A stretch of 64,000 nucleotides of DNA from Candidatus Sulfomarinibacter sp. (GCA_041560205.1 JBFFBV010000014.1:3811-67810); one strand, 5' to 3'. Counted from the first letter of the stretch, positions 48,271 to 58,190 are shown. Program-made: numbers and translations. Notes: a model not told the origin generated them from the sequence alone.

Positions 48271-50676
48271 GTGAGAGAATCGAGCTTTTCCGGCAATTTC
48301 CGCAGACTCGTGGCTGGTGTGGTGCTCGTTCTCGTTGCGGCCGCCCCACCCGCGTTGGCGGACTACTGGTACGAACACTACGAGAACGCGAAGTCCGCTC
48401 TCGACAGCGGCAATTGGAGCCGAGCCGTCGAGGAGCTGCAACAGGCGCTGGAGCGCAAGGGGGACTCCGGCGCGCGGGTGCGCTACTACGGCATGAAGGT
48501 CCGCGAGTACTTCCCCTACCTCAAGCTCGGCATCGCCTACTTTCAGCTCGGACAGTACGAAGCGGCGTTGCAGGCCTTTCAAACCGAGGAGCAGCTGGGC
48601 GCGATCGAGGCCTCGGAGTCCGACTACGCGGAGCTCAGGCGTTACCGGACTCTGGCTCTCGAAGCACTCCTGGAAGCTGCGCAGGCCGAGGAAGAGCGCA
48701 TCGCCCAAATCGTACGTGAAAGCCTCCGCGACGCCGAGATTCTCGAAGGGCAGGGACGGCTACCCGAGGCGATGGAGGCTCTCGGCAAGGGCCTCGCCGT
48801 CGATCCCGAGAACCAGGAGGCCGTCGCCAAGATGGGCGAGCTGCGGACCGAGGTCGTCCGCCGCGACCGTGAACGAGCCGACACGGCTCGAGCGCGAGAA
48901 CTCCTCACTCGGGGGCGGACGCTCCTCGACGAGGAAGACTATTCCGAGGCCTCCAGCCTCTTCCGCCAGGCACTCGAGATTCGCCCGAGCCCGGAAGCCC
49001 AGGACCTCTTCGATCAGGCCCGTGCCGCGCTTCTGGCAGAGATTCAGGCCGAGGAAGACGCCGAAGCGAGGCAGGAGGCGATTAGCTCTGGCCTGAGAAT
49101 GGCCCGGGAGCTCGAGTCCAACGGACGCTTCGACGAGGCCCTCGGCCGGCTCCAGCCAGTGCTCGCCGCGGATCCACAGAATAGAGATGCGCTGGCCCTT
49201 CAGCAACGAATCCTCAGAGGGCAGCAGCTCTCCGCGGAGGAGGCCTCTCTCGCCCGCGCGATCGCGGAAGCGCGGGCCGAGTTCACCGCTGGCAGTTTCG
49301 AAACTGCGATCTCGGCCGCGAACTTCGCCCTCGCCATCGATCCCGGGAATGCCGAAGCGCTCGATGTGGTCCGCGATTCCTACGGTCAGATCAGTCGCCG
49401 GTTGCTCGGTTCACGGACCGTCGAAAACCTCCCGCCTGCAATCCGCTTCGCCGATTTCAGGACCGAACGGGATGACGGCTCCTGGGCCCAACTGGTGCAG
49501 AGGCCGGACTTTCGTCTCAGCGGCGTGGTCATCGACACCTCGCCGGTCGAGGTTCAATTCGAGGCAACGGCCGATCGCGAGATCTCGGGAACCAGCACCA
49601 GCCAACCGATGGGCGACATCTACATCACCGAGTTCGCCCTCGACGATCTCCTCGCCGACGGCGAAACGACCTACCTGCTGTACGCGACCGACAACGGCGG
49701 CCGGACCACCATGTCGGAGTACACGGTCATCTACTCGCCACCCTTTTATCGGTCCCTTTGGTTCCAGCTGTTCGTCGCATCGATACCGATTGTGGTGCTC
49801 ACCGCGGTGTGGAGCCAGCGCCTTCGAAGGCGGCGGCAACTCATGAAGCGCCGTTTCAATCCCTTTATCGCCGGAGCCCCGGTACTCGACACCGACATGT
49901 TCTTCGGACGAGACCAGCTCGTCGAGCGCATCCTCCAGACCATCCACAACAACAGCCTCCTCCTGTACGGAGAGCGGCGAATCGGCAAAACCTCGCTCCA
50001 ACACCAGCTCATGCGACGACTGAAACAGCTCGACGACCCGCAGTACGATTTTTTCCCGGTCTATGTCGACCTGCAGGGCACGCCGGAGTCGCAGTTCTTC
50101 GCGACCCTCGCGGAAGACGTCTTTCACGAGCTCGCACCCGTGCTCGATGGAATGAGGCCGGGGGACGGGCTGCCCGATAAAACGGACTACGGTTACCGCG
50201 AGCTGGTCGCCGACCTTCGTCGGGTGATCAAGGCGCTCGAGGCAAGGACCTCCAAAAAGGTCAAGCTCGTGCTGCTGATCGACGAGGTCGACGAGCTCAA
50301 CGCCTACGACCCGCGGATCAACCAGCGGCTGCGAAGTCTGTTCATGAAGAGCTTTGCCGAAAACCTCGTAGCGGTTGTTTCCGGGGTGGAGATCCGCAAG
50401 CAGTGGGACAAGGAAGGCAGTCCCTGGTACAACTTCTTCGAGGAGATCGAGGTGACGCCGATCGACCGTGACGACGCGGTCGAGCTGATCACACGACCCA
50501 TCGGCGGCGTGTTCAAGGTCGATCAAAATGTCATCGACCGGATCATCGAGCTCACCGATCGCAAGCCCTACCGCGTCCAGCGGCTCTGTATCGCCCTCGT
50601 CAACCGCATGTACGAGCAGGGTCGGCGGCAGATCACGATCGCCGATGTGGAAACCGTCGCCGGAAACGACCCGTGA
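48271..50676 (+). CDS. type-A ATPase cassette 1: signal/TM - periplasmic TPR array - beta domain - TM - P-loop ATPase
   Basis: Start uncertain: GTG 48271 after GGAG, or ATG 48223/48232, both of which collide with the divergent gene. The protein has 'LVAGVVLVLVAAAPPALA', about 400 aa of TPR, and TM 'LWFQLFVASIPIVVLTAVW'. ATPase motifs: 'NPFIAGAPVLDTDMFFGRDQL', Walker A 'GERRIGKTS', Walker B 'LVLLIDEVDE', and 'EGSPWYNFFEEI'. Confidence 0.75.
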   Translation: MRESSFSGNFRRLVAGVVLVLVAAAPPALADYWYEHYENAKSALDSGNWSRAVEELQQALERKGDSGARVRYYGMKVREYFPYLKLGIAYFQLGQYEAALQAFQTEEQLGAIEASESDYAELRRYRTLALEALLEAAQAEEERIAQIVRESLRDAEILEGQGRLPEAMEALGKGLAVDPENQEAVAKMGELRTEVVRRDRERADTARARELLTRGRTLLDEEDYSEASSLFRQALEIRPSPEAQDLFDQARAALLAEIQAEEDAEARQEAISSGLRMARELESNGRFDEALGRLQPVLAADPQNRDALALQQRILRGQQLSAEEASLARAIAEARAEFTAGSFETAISAANFALAIDPGNAEALDVVRDSYGQISRRLLGSRTVENLPPAIRFADFRTERDDGSWAQLVQRPDFRLSGVVIDTSPVEVQFEATADREISGTSTSQPMGDIYITEFALDDLLADGETTYLLYATDNGGRTTMSEYTVIYSPPFYRSLWFQLFVASIPIVVLTAVWSQRLRRRRQLMKRRFNPFIAGAPVLDTDMFFGRDQLVERILQTIHNNSLLLYGERRIGKTSLQHQLMRRLKQLDDPQYDFFPVYVDLQGTPESQFFATLAEDVFHELAPVLDGMRPGDGLPDKTDYGYRELVADLRRVIKALEARTSKKVKLVLLIDEVDELNAYDPRINQRLRSLFMKSFAENLVAVVSGVEIRKQWDKEGSPWYNFFEEIEVTPIDRDDAVELITRPIGGVFKVDQNVIDRIIELTDRKPYRVQRLCIALVNRMYEQGRRQITIADVETVAGNDP

Positions 50677-52583
50677 GCGCCGCGCAGGCAAACCCGTTCG
50701 TCGTGGGCCAGTGGGTCAGAGGCGACCGATTCTATGGGCGAGGTGCGCTGATCGAGGAGATCCTCGAGGGCCCTCGAAACTCGCTCTGGGTGCTCGGGAC
50801 GCGGCGCGTCGGGAAGACCTCGCTGCTCAAGCAGCTCGAGCACCTGACGTCGATGGACGGCCAGAACTACCTCCCCATTTTCTGGGATTTCCAGGGGGCC
50901 GATGACCCCGACGAACTCAACTTCACGTTTTCGGACGCCCTGCTCGACGCCGAGGAGCGCCTCGACGCGATTGGAGTCGAGGTTTCCGAACTCCAGTTCG
51001 AGGATCTCTTCACCTCGATGGGAAAGCTCCGTCGTAGGCTTCGTAGCCTTGGGCGTTCGCTTCTTTTGTTGTGTGACGAGGTCGAAGAAATCCTCAACCT
51101 CCACCGTCAGGATCCGGCGCTCCTCCGCAAGCTCCGTCGCGCCATGCAGTCTCAGGACGGCGTTCGTTCGGTGCTCACCTCGTCGGTGCGGTTGTGTGAT
51201 CTCGCAGAGCAACGGGACGACACCTCGCCCTTTCTCCACGGTTTCAGCCCGCCGCTCTACATCGCCGGTCTCTCCGACGAGGAGGCGATGGCGCTGGTTC
51301 GACAGGACAACTGGCCCTCGCCTGCCCGTCCCGCCATCGACGAAAAGGACGCTGTCGAGATCTGCCGCCGCTGCGACAGGCATCCCTATCTGACGCAGCT
51401 CGTCTGCAAACGTCTGATCGACACCGGTGACCTCGAAGAGGCTTGCCATCAGGTCGCCTCGGACCGCATGATCAGTTACTTCTTCTCGGTCGACTTCGAT
51501 CTCTTGTCGGTGACAGAGAAAACAGTTCTCCGGTTGATCGCCGAGCAGGGGTCGGCGACCGAAGCGTCGCTGCATGCCGTCATGCAGGCCGACACGGCGG
51601 ATCGAGATGACGCGCTGCAACGGTTGGAGAACCTCGGTTTCATCGGTTGTGATGACGATCGCAACTACGTGCTGCCGAGCTTCTTCCTTCGCCGCTGGCT
51701 CGAGGATCTCGCTGAGACCGAGCCGGCTCCTCAATCTGATTCGCTCCACGAGGACCCGACGATTTCGGTGCAGACCGTCGACAACCGCTACACGCTGCAC
51801 GAGGAGATCGGCAGGGGAGCCACCGGCAGCGTCTACAAGGCGCGCGATGCAGTGCTCGACACCTGGGTGGCGGTCAAGCTGTTGAAGCCGGAGTACGCCG
51901 CCAACCGTGAGGCGCTCGATCGGGTTCGACAGGAAATCCTCTTGTCACGGGACATCGCCCACCCCAACATCCTCCGCGTCTACCACCTCGGCACGTCCGA
52001 AGGCGGGACCTACATCACCATGCAGTGGATCCGGGGCGAAACCCTTGCGGACGTGATCGCAGCGCGCGGAGCACTGCCGATCGCGCAAGCCTTGTCCGTC
52101 GCCGAGAAGCTTGCCTCGGCGTTGGCGGCCGCCCATGAACGCCAGATCCTCCACCGCGACATCAAACCAGGCAATATCCTGATCGACTCGGACGGTGAAC
52201 CGTACCTCGCCGATTTCGGACTCGCTCGACTGATCGGGGGCCAAGGCGTCACCCGGCACGGCGTTTTCGTCGGCACGCCCCACTACTCCTCGCCGGAGCA
52301 GGTCGCACTCGAAGAGCTCGACGAGCGTTCCGACATCTACTCCCTGGGTCTGGTCATCTTCGAGATGGCGACCGGTCGCCGGCCCTTCGAAGCCGACACG
52401 GTGCCCGAGATCCTGGCCATGCAGCGCAGCGAGCCCCCACCGGATCCGGCAACGATTGCGCCCAAGATACCGGGCGAGCTGGCGGCGATCGTGCTGCGCT
52501 GCCTGGCCAAAGACCCCGCGGAGCGGATCGCCACCGCGGTGGAGCTCAAGGAGGCGCTTCGCCGCGTCGCCGATGATCTTTGA
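50673..52583 (+). CDS. type-B ATPase cassette 1: P-loop ATPase fused to Ser/Thr protein kinase
   Basis: GTGA overlap with the type-A gene. ATPase motifs 'NPFVVGQWVRGDRFYGR', 'GTRRVGKTS', 'LLLLCDEVEE'. Kinase motifs 'GRGATGSVYKA', 'VAVKLL', 'HRDIKPGNIL', 'DFGLAR', 'GTPHYSSPEQ'. Confidence 0.85.
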   Translation: MSAAQANPFVVGQWVRGDRFYGRGALIEEILEGPRNSLWVLGTRRVGKTSLLKQLEHLTSMDGQNYLPIFWDFQGADDPDELNFTFSDALLDAEERLDAIGVEVSELQFEDLFTSMGKLRRRLRSLGRSLLLLCDEVEEILNLHRQDPALLRKLRRAMQSQDGVRSVLTSSVRLCDLAEQRDDTSPFLHGFSPPLYIAGLSDEEAMALVRQDNWPSPARPAIDEKDAVEICRRCDRHPYLTQLVCKRLIDTGDLEEACHQVASDRMISYFFSVDFDLLSVTEKTVLRLIAEQGSATEASLHAVMQADTADRDDALQRLENLGFIGCDDDRNYVLPSFFLRRWLEDLAETEPAPQSDSLHEDPTISVQTVDNRYTLHEEIGRGATGSVYKARDAVLDTWVAVKLLKPEYAANREALDRVRQEILLSRDIAHPNILRVYHLGTSEGGTYITMQWIRGETLADVIAARGALPIAQALSVAEKLASALAAAHERQILHRDIKPGNILIDSDGEPYLADFGLARLIGGQGVTRHGVFVGTPHYSSPEQVALEELDERSDIYSLGLVIFEMATGRRPFEADTVPEILAMQRSEPPPDPATIAPKIPGELAAIVLRCLAKDPAERIATAVELKEALRRVADDL

Positions 52584-52586
52584 TCT

Positions 52587-53936
52587 TTAAAAGCTGTAGA
52601 TCGCCGACAGGGCGAAGACGTCGGCATCATCCGAAAAATCAGCGCCGATATCGATCTGCAGACGCCTCAACGCAAGCCCGGCACCGACACTGAGGTGCAG
52701 CTGGTCCTTGCCCGGCGGATACAGGGCACGGTCGAAAGGATCCTCGCCGATGAATCTGAATCGGTGGTCGGGGTCGCGCCACAGGCCCACACGGAGCGCG
52801 ACGCCCGGGCTCGTCTCAATGAAGAGGTATTCGAGCCCGAATCGCAGCTCATTGCCATCCTCCAGGGCGATGAACCTCGTATCGATCTGCTCCGAGTCGA
52901 GGGACTCCATGATGACCGAGTACTCCACGCGATCCCACTCGAAGCCAACCGTGACAGCGCCGCTCGGAGATCGGTAGGCGATCCCCAGCCCCCAGACATC
53001 CGGGATCGAGATATGCTGCCCCGAAAGGCCGCCGAGATCCGTCCCCTCTGGTTCCCAGTGCGCCGGCCCGGCACGGTTTTCGATGGTGTACTCGAAATCC
53101 GGTCCCTGCCGATAGACGCCACCGAGCCGCCAATCCTCGGCGAAACGCCACAAAAAGCCGGCGCTGATTCCCCAGGCCGAACTATCACTCACGAACTGGC
53201 CGCTCAAAAATAACCGGTCGGCGAGAAAGGAATTGGCTTCCCAAAAGGTTTCTGGGTACCGGTCCATGAGGTATGCCAATCCCGAAACATCGATGGATCC
53301 GACAAAATACGAAACACCGAGGCCGACGCTGAGAGACTCACTCAGCTCGACGGCACCCGCGATCCCGTTGTTGATGATCTCGAAGTCGGTCGTCGTGATC
53401 TGGTCGATCTCGCGCCGAGTGCCGCCCTCAGCGGCATCACCGAAGAGACCATTGAGCTCCGTGCGCACCGCGAAGTCGGCCAACTGGTGACGATAGACGG
53501 CCAGAGACCATTTTCTGCCAGGGTAGACGAAGGAAAGAAAGGACACTCCGGAGGTCGTATCTTCCGAGAGCCCGGTTCGAAGACCACTAACGGTGTCGAT
53601 ACCGTAACCGGTCGGCGCCCCCAAAGCCCGCCCCCCCGCCGTGTAGGAGGTTTCGTACTGGCGGCGCCTCAGCTCGAGGGAGATTTCGGGGCGCAGGAGC
53701 TGGACGAGACCGGCCGGGTTGGCGAAAGCGGCGGTGGCGTCGTCGGCCAGGGCGACGAAGGCTCCCGCGAGTCCCATGCTCCGCGCACCCGGGTTGGAGA
53801 AGCTGAACTCGAGCGAAGGCGGCGCCTCCTGCGCCCAAGTGAAAGCAGGGATCAGCACCACCACGAGGGCGAGGACGGCGCCCGTAACGCGCCGTTCCAC
53901 AACGAGATCCGTTTTCCACCTGCGAGCGCCAGTCAT
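52587..53936 (-). CDS. outer-membrane beta-barrel, FadL/TodX/PorV-like (paralogue 1)
   Basis: Signal peptide, 'FSFSNPGARSMGLAGAFVALADDATAAFANPAGL', alternating beta pattern, C-terminal '...ALSAIYSF'. An alternative GTG start at 53900 aligns better with paralogue 2. Confidence 0.65.
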   Translation of the reverse strand: MTGARRWKTDLVVERRVTGAVLALVVVLIPAFTWAQEAPPSLEFSFSNPGARSMGLAGAFVALADDATAAFANPAGLVQLLRPEISLELRRRQYETSYTAGGRALGAPTGYGIDTVSGLRTGLSEDTTSGVSFLSFVYPGRKWSLAVYRHQLADFAVRTELNGLFGDAAEGGTRREIDQITTTDFEIINNGIAGAVELSESLSVGLGVSYFVGSIDVSGLAYLMDRYPETFWEANSFLADRLFLSGQFVSDSSAWGISAGFLWRFAEDWRLGGVYRQGPDFEYTIENRAGPAHWEPEGTDLGGLSGQHISIPDVWGLGIAYRSPSGAVTVGFEWDRVEYSVIMESLDSEQIDTRFIALEDGNELRFGLEYLFIETSPGVALRVGLWRDPDHRFRFIGEDPFDRALYPPGKDQLHLSVGAGLALRRLQIDIGADFSDDADVFALSAIYSF

Positions 53937-53943
53937 CGGGGAG

Positions 53944-53952
53944 ATCCTAGCA
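53944..53952 (-). promoter_or_regulatory. extended -10-like TGCTAGGAT upstream of barrel paralogue 1
   Basis: Minus strand TTTTCCGCGTGCTAGGAT. The homologous block TTTTCCCCGTGCTACGAT lies upstream of paralogue 2. Confidence 0.35.
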
Positions 53953-54047
53953 CGCGGAAAAGCTTCACGAGACCCTCATCACGACCTCAGGATTCCATCA
54001 AGCGGTATCCTCCTCGGCGAGCCACATTCGATGGTGAGGGGGACGTG

Positions 54048-56615
54048 ATGCATCGAATCCTGAAGATCGCGGCGCTCGCCATGGCAGTCCTCGTGACGGC
54101 AGCACCGGTCTCGGCGCAGAGGCGGTGGACCGTCACCGGCCTTGATGTTCCAGAGCTCGCCGCCGTAGACGAGATGATGCAGGACATCATGATGGGTTAC
54201 GGCATCCGAGGGAGCACGGTAGCCATCGTCAAAGACGGCCGCCTCGTGTACGCACGTGGATTCACCTGGGATCAGCCCAATGTCGAGCCCGTCCAACCCA
54301 CCACCCTCTTCCGCATCGGCAGCATCAGCAAATCGATCACCTCGGTCGCCATTCACCAGCTCATCGAGCAGGGTGCGCTCACCCATAACACACCGGTGAT
54401 GTCGATCATCGACCTCGAGCCACTCTGGGGAACTCCGACGAACCCTCGGCTCGATTCAACAACGGTAGATCACCTGCTGACCCACACCAGTGGCATGTAC
54501 TCGCTGGACAATATCTACACCGTGGCGGGTATCGTCGCCGCCGCGCACGGTGTCGAGCCGCCACCGACCAAGCAGGAGGTCATTTCATACATCATCGCAC
54601 GGTCGTTCCTCTTCGAACCCGGAACCTCCTGGGACTACAATAATTACGGCTACATCATGCTCGGCATGCTGGCCGAGCGGATCACCGGTCTCGATTTCCC
54701 AGAATATGTCTTCGAAAACGTCTTTCGTCCGGTGGGCGTGAGCCGTGTGCGGATGCCGCACACCCTCCGTGTCGACCTCGCTCCCACCGAGACAACCTAT
54801 GACGGCGTCGAAGGCGATCCGTACGCGACAATCGCCGAGCACGCCTTTGCAGCCGGCCTCATGGTGATGGCGGCACCCGACCTGGCGCGCCTCTACTCCG
54901 CCCTCTTCGATTTCCCCGACGCGAGCGGTCTGCTCGAGCCTGCCACCATCGACGAGATGCTTTCGATACCCTTTCCCGCAGCCGAGGAGCTGGGATACGG
55001 GCGCGGCTGGTTCAACGAGGACTTCTTCGTCAACTCGGGTCACACCGTCGGCTGGCTCACGAACCCGAATGACCACCTCCGGATTCACGCTCACAGTGGA
55101 GGCGGCGCCGGTGTCCACACCCTCGCCCTGTGGCGCTCGGACGGCATCGTCCTCGTCTGGTTCACCAACAAGGACCCGGTGATCCCGACCCTCGACTTTC
55201 CGGAAATCACTTCGTGGCCCGAGCACGATCTCTGGGAGTCCGTGGGTATCTCACTGGAACCCGTTGGCTCGGCGCCAGTCGAATCCTGGATCCCCGCCGT
55301 CGCCCACATGAACGGGGTCGGTGACAGTGCCTGGCGTTCCGACGTCGGTCTGCTCAACCGTTCATCCGGCACCAACCAGGTTCGTCTGCGATACCACCTC
55401 GAGAACGGATTCACCGATCGTGAACTCGAGCTGGCCGCAGGTGAGTCGCGTGTTATTTCGGACATTGTCGGGTCCTTCGGAGAGAACGGCTTCGGTCCCC
55501 TCCAGGTCTTTTCGTCAGATGCCCTCACCGCAACCTCGAGAACCTATGACCAGTCTCCACACGGCACATTCGGCCAGTCTCTCGACGGCGTCACCGCCAC
55601 TGGAGGGCTCGAGGGTGGTGAGTCGGTCGTGCTCATGCAGCTCCGCGAGGACGATTCCGCGAGATCAAACATCGGCATTCACAACCAGTGGCGGCGTTCT
55701 GCTCGGGTCGCGCTCGAGTTCTATGATGCCAACGGCACCCTGGTCACCGCTCACAGTCGTGAGATCCCCGGCCAGAGCACCGTCCAGATCGACCGCCCCT
55801 TCCGAAGCCTCGGCGGTCGCAGTGACATCGATTCCGGCTATTGTGTGATCACCGTCAGCTCCGGCCAGGACATCTACGTTTACGCTACGGTCATCGACAA
55901 CGCCACCGACGATCCCACAGCGGTACCGATGAAGAGTGGAACCGGCCACTCCCGACAATGGATCGCCGCCGCAGCACACCTTCGGGGTGCCCACGGCAGC
56001 GTGTGGAGGACCGACCTCGGCCTGCTCAACCGGTCCGCCGCGCCTGCCGTGGCCGAGATCACGTTTCGCCGCGACGACGGCGAACACGCCTCGGTCACTG
56101 TCGACGTCATGGCTGGCCAGCAGCTCGTCATCGACGACGTGGTTGCGCGACTGGGCATGACCGGGTCGGGCGCCATCGAGATCTCTTCCGACCGACCCCT
56201 CATGGCGAGCTCCCGCACCTTCAATGCTGCCGCCGAGGGCACCTTCGGCCTCTTTCTCGACGGCGTCCCTGACGAAAGTGCGGCCTACGCGGGTGACACG
56301 GTGTGGCTGGCCCAGCTGCGGCAAAGCGACGTCTTTCGCACGAACATCGGCATCTCCAACAACGGGGACTCAAACGCCAGAGTTCGGATTCACCTCTATG
56401 ACTCCACGGGTGCCGAGCTCGGCTCCCGCGTTCGAGATCTCGACCCGGGAGCCTGGCTTCAGTTCCAGGAGCCTTTTGCTTTGATCGGGGCTCGCAACAA
56501 CATCGAAGCTGGGTACGCGCGAATCGAGATCGAGTCTGGGCAGAGGGTCATCACCTACGCGTCGGTGATCGACAACGCGACCAACGACGGCACGGCCATC
56601 ACGATGAAGAGGTGA
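54048..56615 (+). CDS. secreted serine hydrolase (beta-lactamase/PBP-like fold) with two C-terminal 218-aa repeats
   Basis: Start moved to ATG 54048 (signal 'IAALAMAVLVTAAPVSA'). 'FRIGSISKSITS' (SxxK) and 'LLTHTSGM'. Tandem repeats at 55286-55937 and 55959-56612. Confidence 0.8.
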   Translation: MHRILKIAALAMAVLVTAAPVSAQRRWTVTGLDVPELAAVDEMMQDIMMGYGIRGSTVAIVKDGRLVYARGFTWDQPNVEPVQPTTLFRIGSISKSITSVAIHQLIEQGALTHNTPVMSIIDLEPLWGTPTNPRLDSTTVDHLLTHTSGMYSLDNIYTVAGIVAAAHGVEPPPTKQEVISYIIARSFLFEPGTSWDYNNYGYIMLGMLAERITGLDFPEYVFENVFRPVGVSRVRMPHTLRVDLAPTETTYDGVEGDPYATIAEHAFAAGLMVMAAPDLARLYSALFDFPDASGLLEPATIDEMLSIPFPAAEELGYGRGWFNEDFFVNSGHTVGWLTNPNDHLRIHAHSGGGAGVHTLALWRSDGIVLVWFTNKDPVIPTLDFPEITSWPEHDLWESVGISLEPVGSAPVESWIPAVAHMNGVGDSAWRSDVGLLNRSSGTNQVRLRYHLENGFTDRELELAAGESRVISDIVGSFGENGFGPLQVFSSDALTATSRTYDQSPHGTFGQSLDGVTATGGLEGGESVVLMQLREDDSARSNIGIHNQWRRSARVALEFYDANGTLVTAHSREIPGQSTVQIDRPFRSLGGRSDIDSGYCVITVSSGQDIYVYATVIDNATDDPTAVPMKSGTGHSRQWIAAAAHLRGAHGSVWRTDLGLLNRSAAPAVAEITFRRDDGEHASVTVDVMAGQQLVIDDVVARLGMTGSGAIEISSDRPLMASSRTFNAAAEGTFGLFLDGVPDESAAYAGDTVWLAQLRQSDVFRTNIGISNNGDSNARVRIHLYDSTGAELGSRVRDLDPGAWLQFQEPFALIGARNNIEAGYARIEIESGQRVITYASVIDNATNDGTAITMKR

Positions 56616-56656
56616 CCCGCATGGCACGGCACAGCGACGACAGCAGGAGGCGCACG

Positions 56657-56791
56657 ATGGAAACTCCGCATCAGGGTAACGCATCACCATTTACGGGCGC
56701 AGGCGAACCGCGTTCCGGTGACATCGCGATCACGGTCTTGACCGCCTTCATTCTGCTCGTCGTGCTGGTCGTCGTCGCGATCCTCGCTTAG
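56657..56791 (+). CDS. small tail-anchored membrane protein (44 aa, tentative)
   Basis: Own translation: METPHQGNASPFTGAGEPRSGDIAITVLTAFILLVVLVVVAILA. AGGAGG SD 6 nt upstream. The stop overlaps the convergent barrel gene by 4 nt. Confidence 0.3.
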   Translation: METPHQGNASPFTGAGEPRSGDIAITVLTAFILLVVLVVVAILA

Positions 56792-58143
56792 AAGCTGTAA
56801 ATCGCCGACAGAGAGAAGGTATCGACAGGGTCCGACAAGTCCGCGGCGAGATCGATCTGAAACGTGCTGAAGGCGAGACCCAGACCCAGCGCCACGTGGA
56901 CTTCATTCACCCCGGGCTGGAAGAGGGCCCTGTGTTCGGGATCATCACTGGTGCTGCGAAATCGATGATCGGGATCAATCCACACACCGGCCCTGAGAGC
57001 GAGCAAGGGCCGGCTGGCGAGAAATGCGTACTCGGCGCCGAGCCGGAGCTCGTCTCCGTCATCGGCGACGAGCGAGATCGTGAGATCGAGATCGGGGTCG
57101 AGGCTCTCGATCACCTCGGCATCGAAGCTCGCAAAGATCGAGGAGTACTCGATACGGTCCCACTCGAACCCGACGGTGAGCGCGCCGTCCGACGATCTGT
57201 ACGCGAGGCCGAGTCCATAGACATCGGGGAACTGCATCGGTGTCGCGATCGTGAAGACCGTCGCGCCCGGGAAAAAAGTCGGGTCGAGAAACTGCGCAAG
57301 CGCCCCAGCCTGAGCGTCGTACACCACCCTGAACTCGGGCGCCTGGCGGTAAAAACCACCGAGGCTCCAGTTCTCGGCGAAGCCCCAGAGGAGACCCGCG
57401 CTCAGACCCCAGTCCGTATCGTCGGTCGCCATTGCACCATTGGCAATTTGGCGCTCGGGCAGGTAGGAGGTCGGGCTGAAGAAGCTCTGCAGCGTGTCTT
57501 CGTCGTAGATCGCCCACTCGTAGGGGGCATCGAGCCGTCCGCGAAAGTAAACCACACCGATCCCGAGGCTGAAATGATCACTCAGCCGATAGGCACCGGC
57601 GACGCCGTAGCTGACGATCTCGAGCTCGGTCGACCACCTGCGGTCGATCTCGCGCGAGGGCAGGCCGGTCGCGGAATCGGTGTGGAAGAGCCCCTGAGTC
57701 CCCGTCTGGGCCCGAAAGTTCGCCAAGCGGTGCGTGTACGCCGCGATGGACCACTTCCCCTTCGGATAGACAAAGGACAGGAATGACAGACCGGTCAGCT
57801 GTTCTTCCGAGACGGCCGACCGGAGACCGTCGACGGTGTCGAGGCCGATGCCGGTCGGTTCGCCGTCATACCGGCCCCCTTCGATGTACGGCGTCGAATA
57901 CCGCCAGTGGCGGAGCTCCGCCGAGATCTCGAGGGAGGCGAGCTGCACCAATCCCGCCGGATTGGCGAAAGCGGCTGTTGCGTCATCGGCGAGGGCGACA
58001 AAGGCTCCGCCGAGACCGAGACTGCGCGCTCCCGGGTTCGAAAAGCTGAACTCGAAGGTGGGCGGGGTCTCCTGGCCGGTAGCTGTCGCAGGAGCGACCA
58101 CCATTCCCAACGCAAGCACAAAAATGGCTTGGCGTGCGTTCAT
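56788..58143 (-). CDS. outer-membrane beta-barrel, FadL/TodX/PorV-like (paralogue 2)
   Basis: Start moved to ATG 58143 (MNARQAIFVLALGMVVAPATA). 'FEFSFSNPGARSLGLGGAFVALADDATAAFANPAGL' and C-terminal '...SLSAIYSF'. Confidence 0.65.
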   Translation of the reverse strand: MNARQAIFVLALGMVVAPATATGQETPPTFEFSFSNPGARSLGLGGAFVALADDATAAFANPAGLVQLASLEISAELRHWRYSTPYIEGGRYDGEPTGIGLDTVDGLRSAVSEEQLTGLSFLSFVYPKGKWSIAAYTHRLANFRAQTGTQGLFHTDSATGLPSREIDRRWSTELEIVSYGVAGAYRLSDHFSLGIGVVYFRGRLDAPYEWAIYDEDTLQSFFSPTSYLPERQIANGAMATDDTDWGLSAGLLWGFAENWSLGGFYRQAPEFRVVYDAQAGALAQFLDPTFFPGATVFTIATPMQFPDVYGLGLAYRSSDGALTVGFEWDRIEYSSIFASFDAEVIESLDPDLDLTISLVADDGDELRLGAEYAFLASRPLLALRAGVWIDPDHRFRSTSDDPEHRALFQPGVNEVHVALGLGLAFSTFQIDLAADLSDPVDTFSLSAIYSF

Positions 58144-58190
58144 TGTGCGACCCGAGATCGAAGCTGCACCGCCATGGCTCCAACTCGGGA

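Noticed and set aside
53487-54047. The N-terminal 187-aa extension of the hydrolase ORF (track ORF 53487-56615), and similarly the 47983-48270 extension of the type-A ATPase ORF.
   Set aside because: The extensions overlap the divergent barrel or peptidase genes and have Arg/Pro-rich junk composition. Internal starts give proper signal peptides and SDs.
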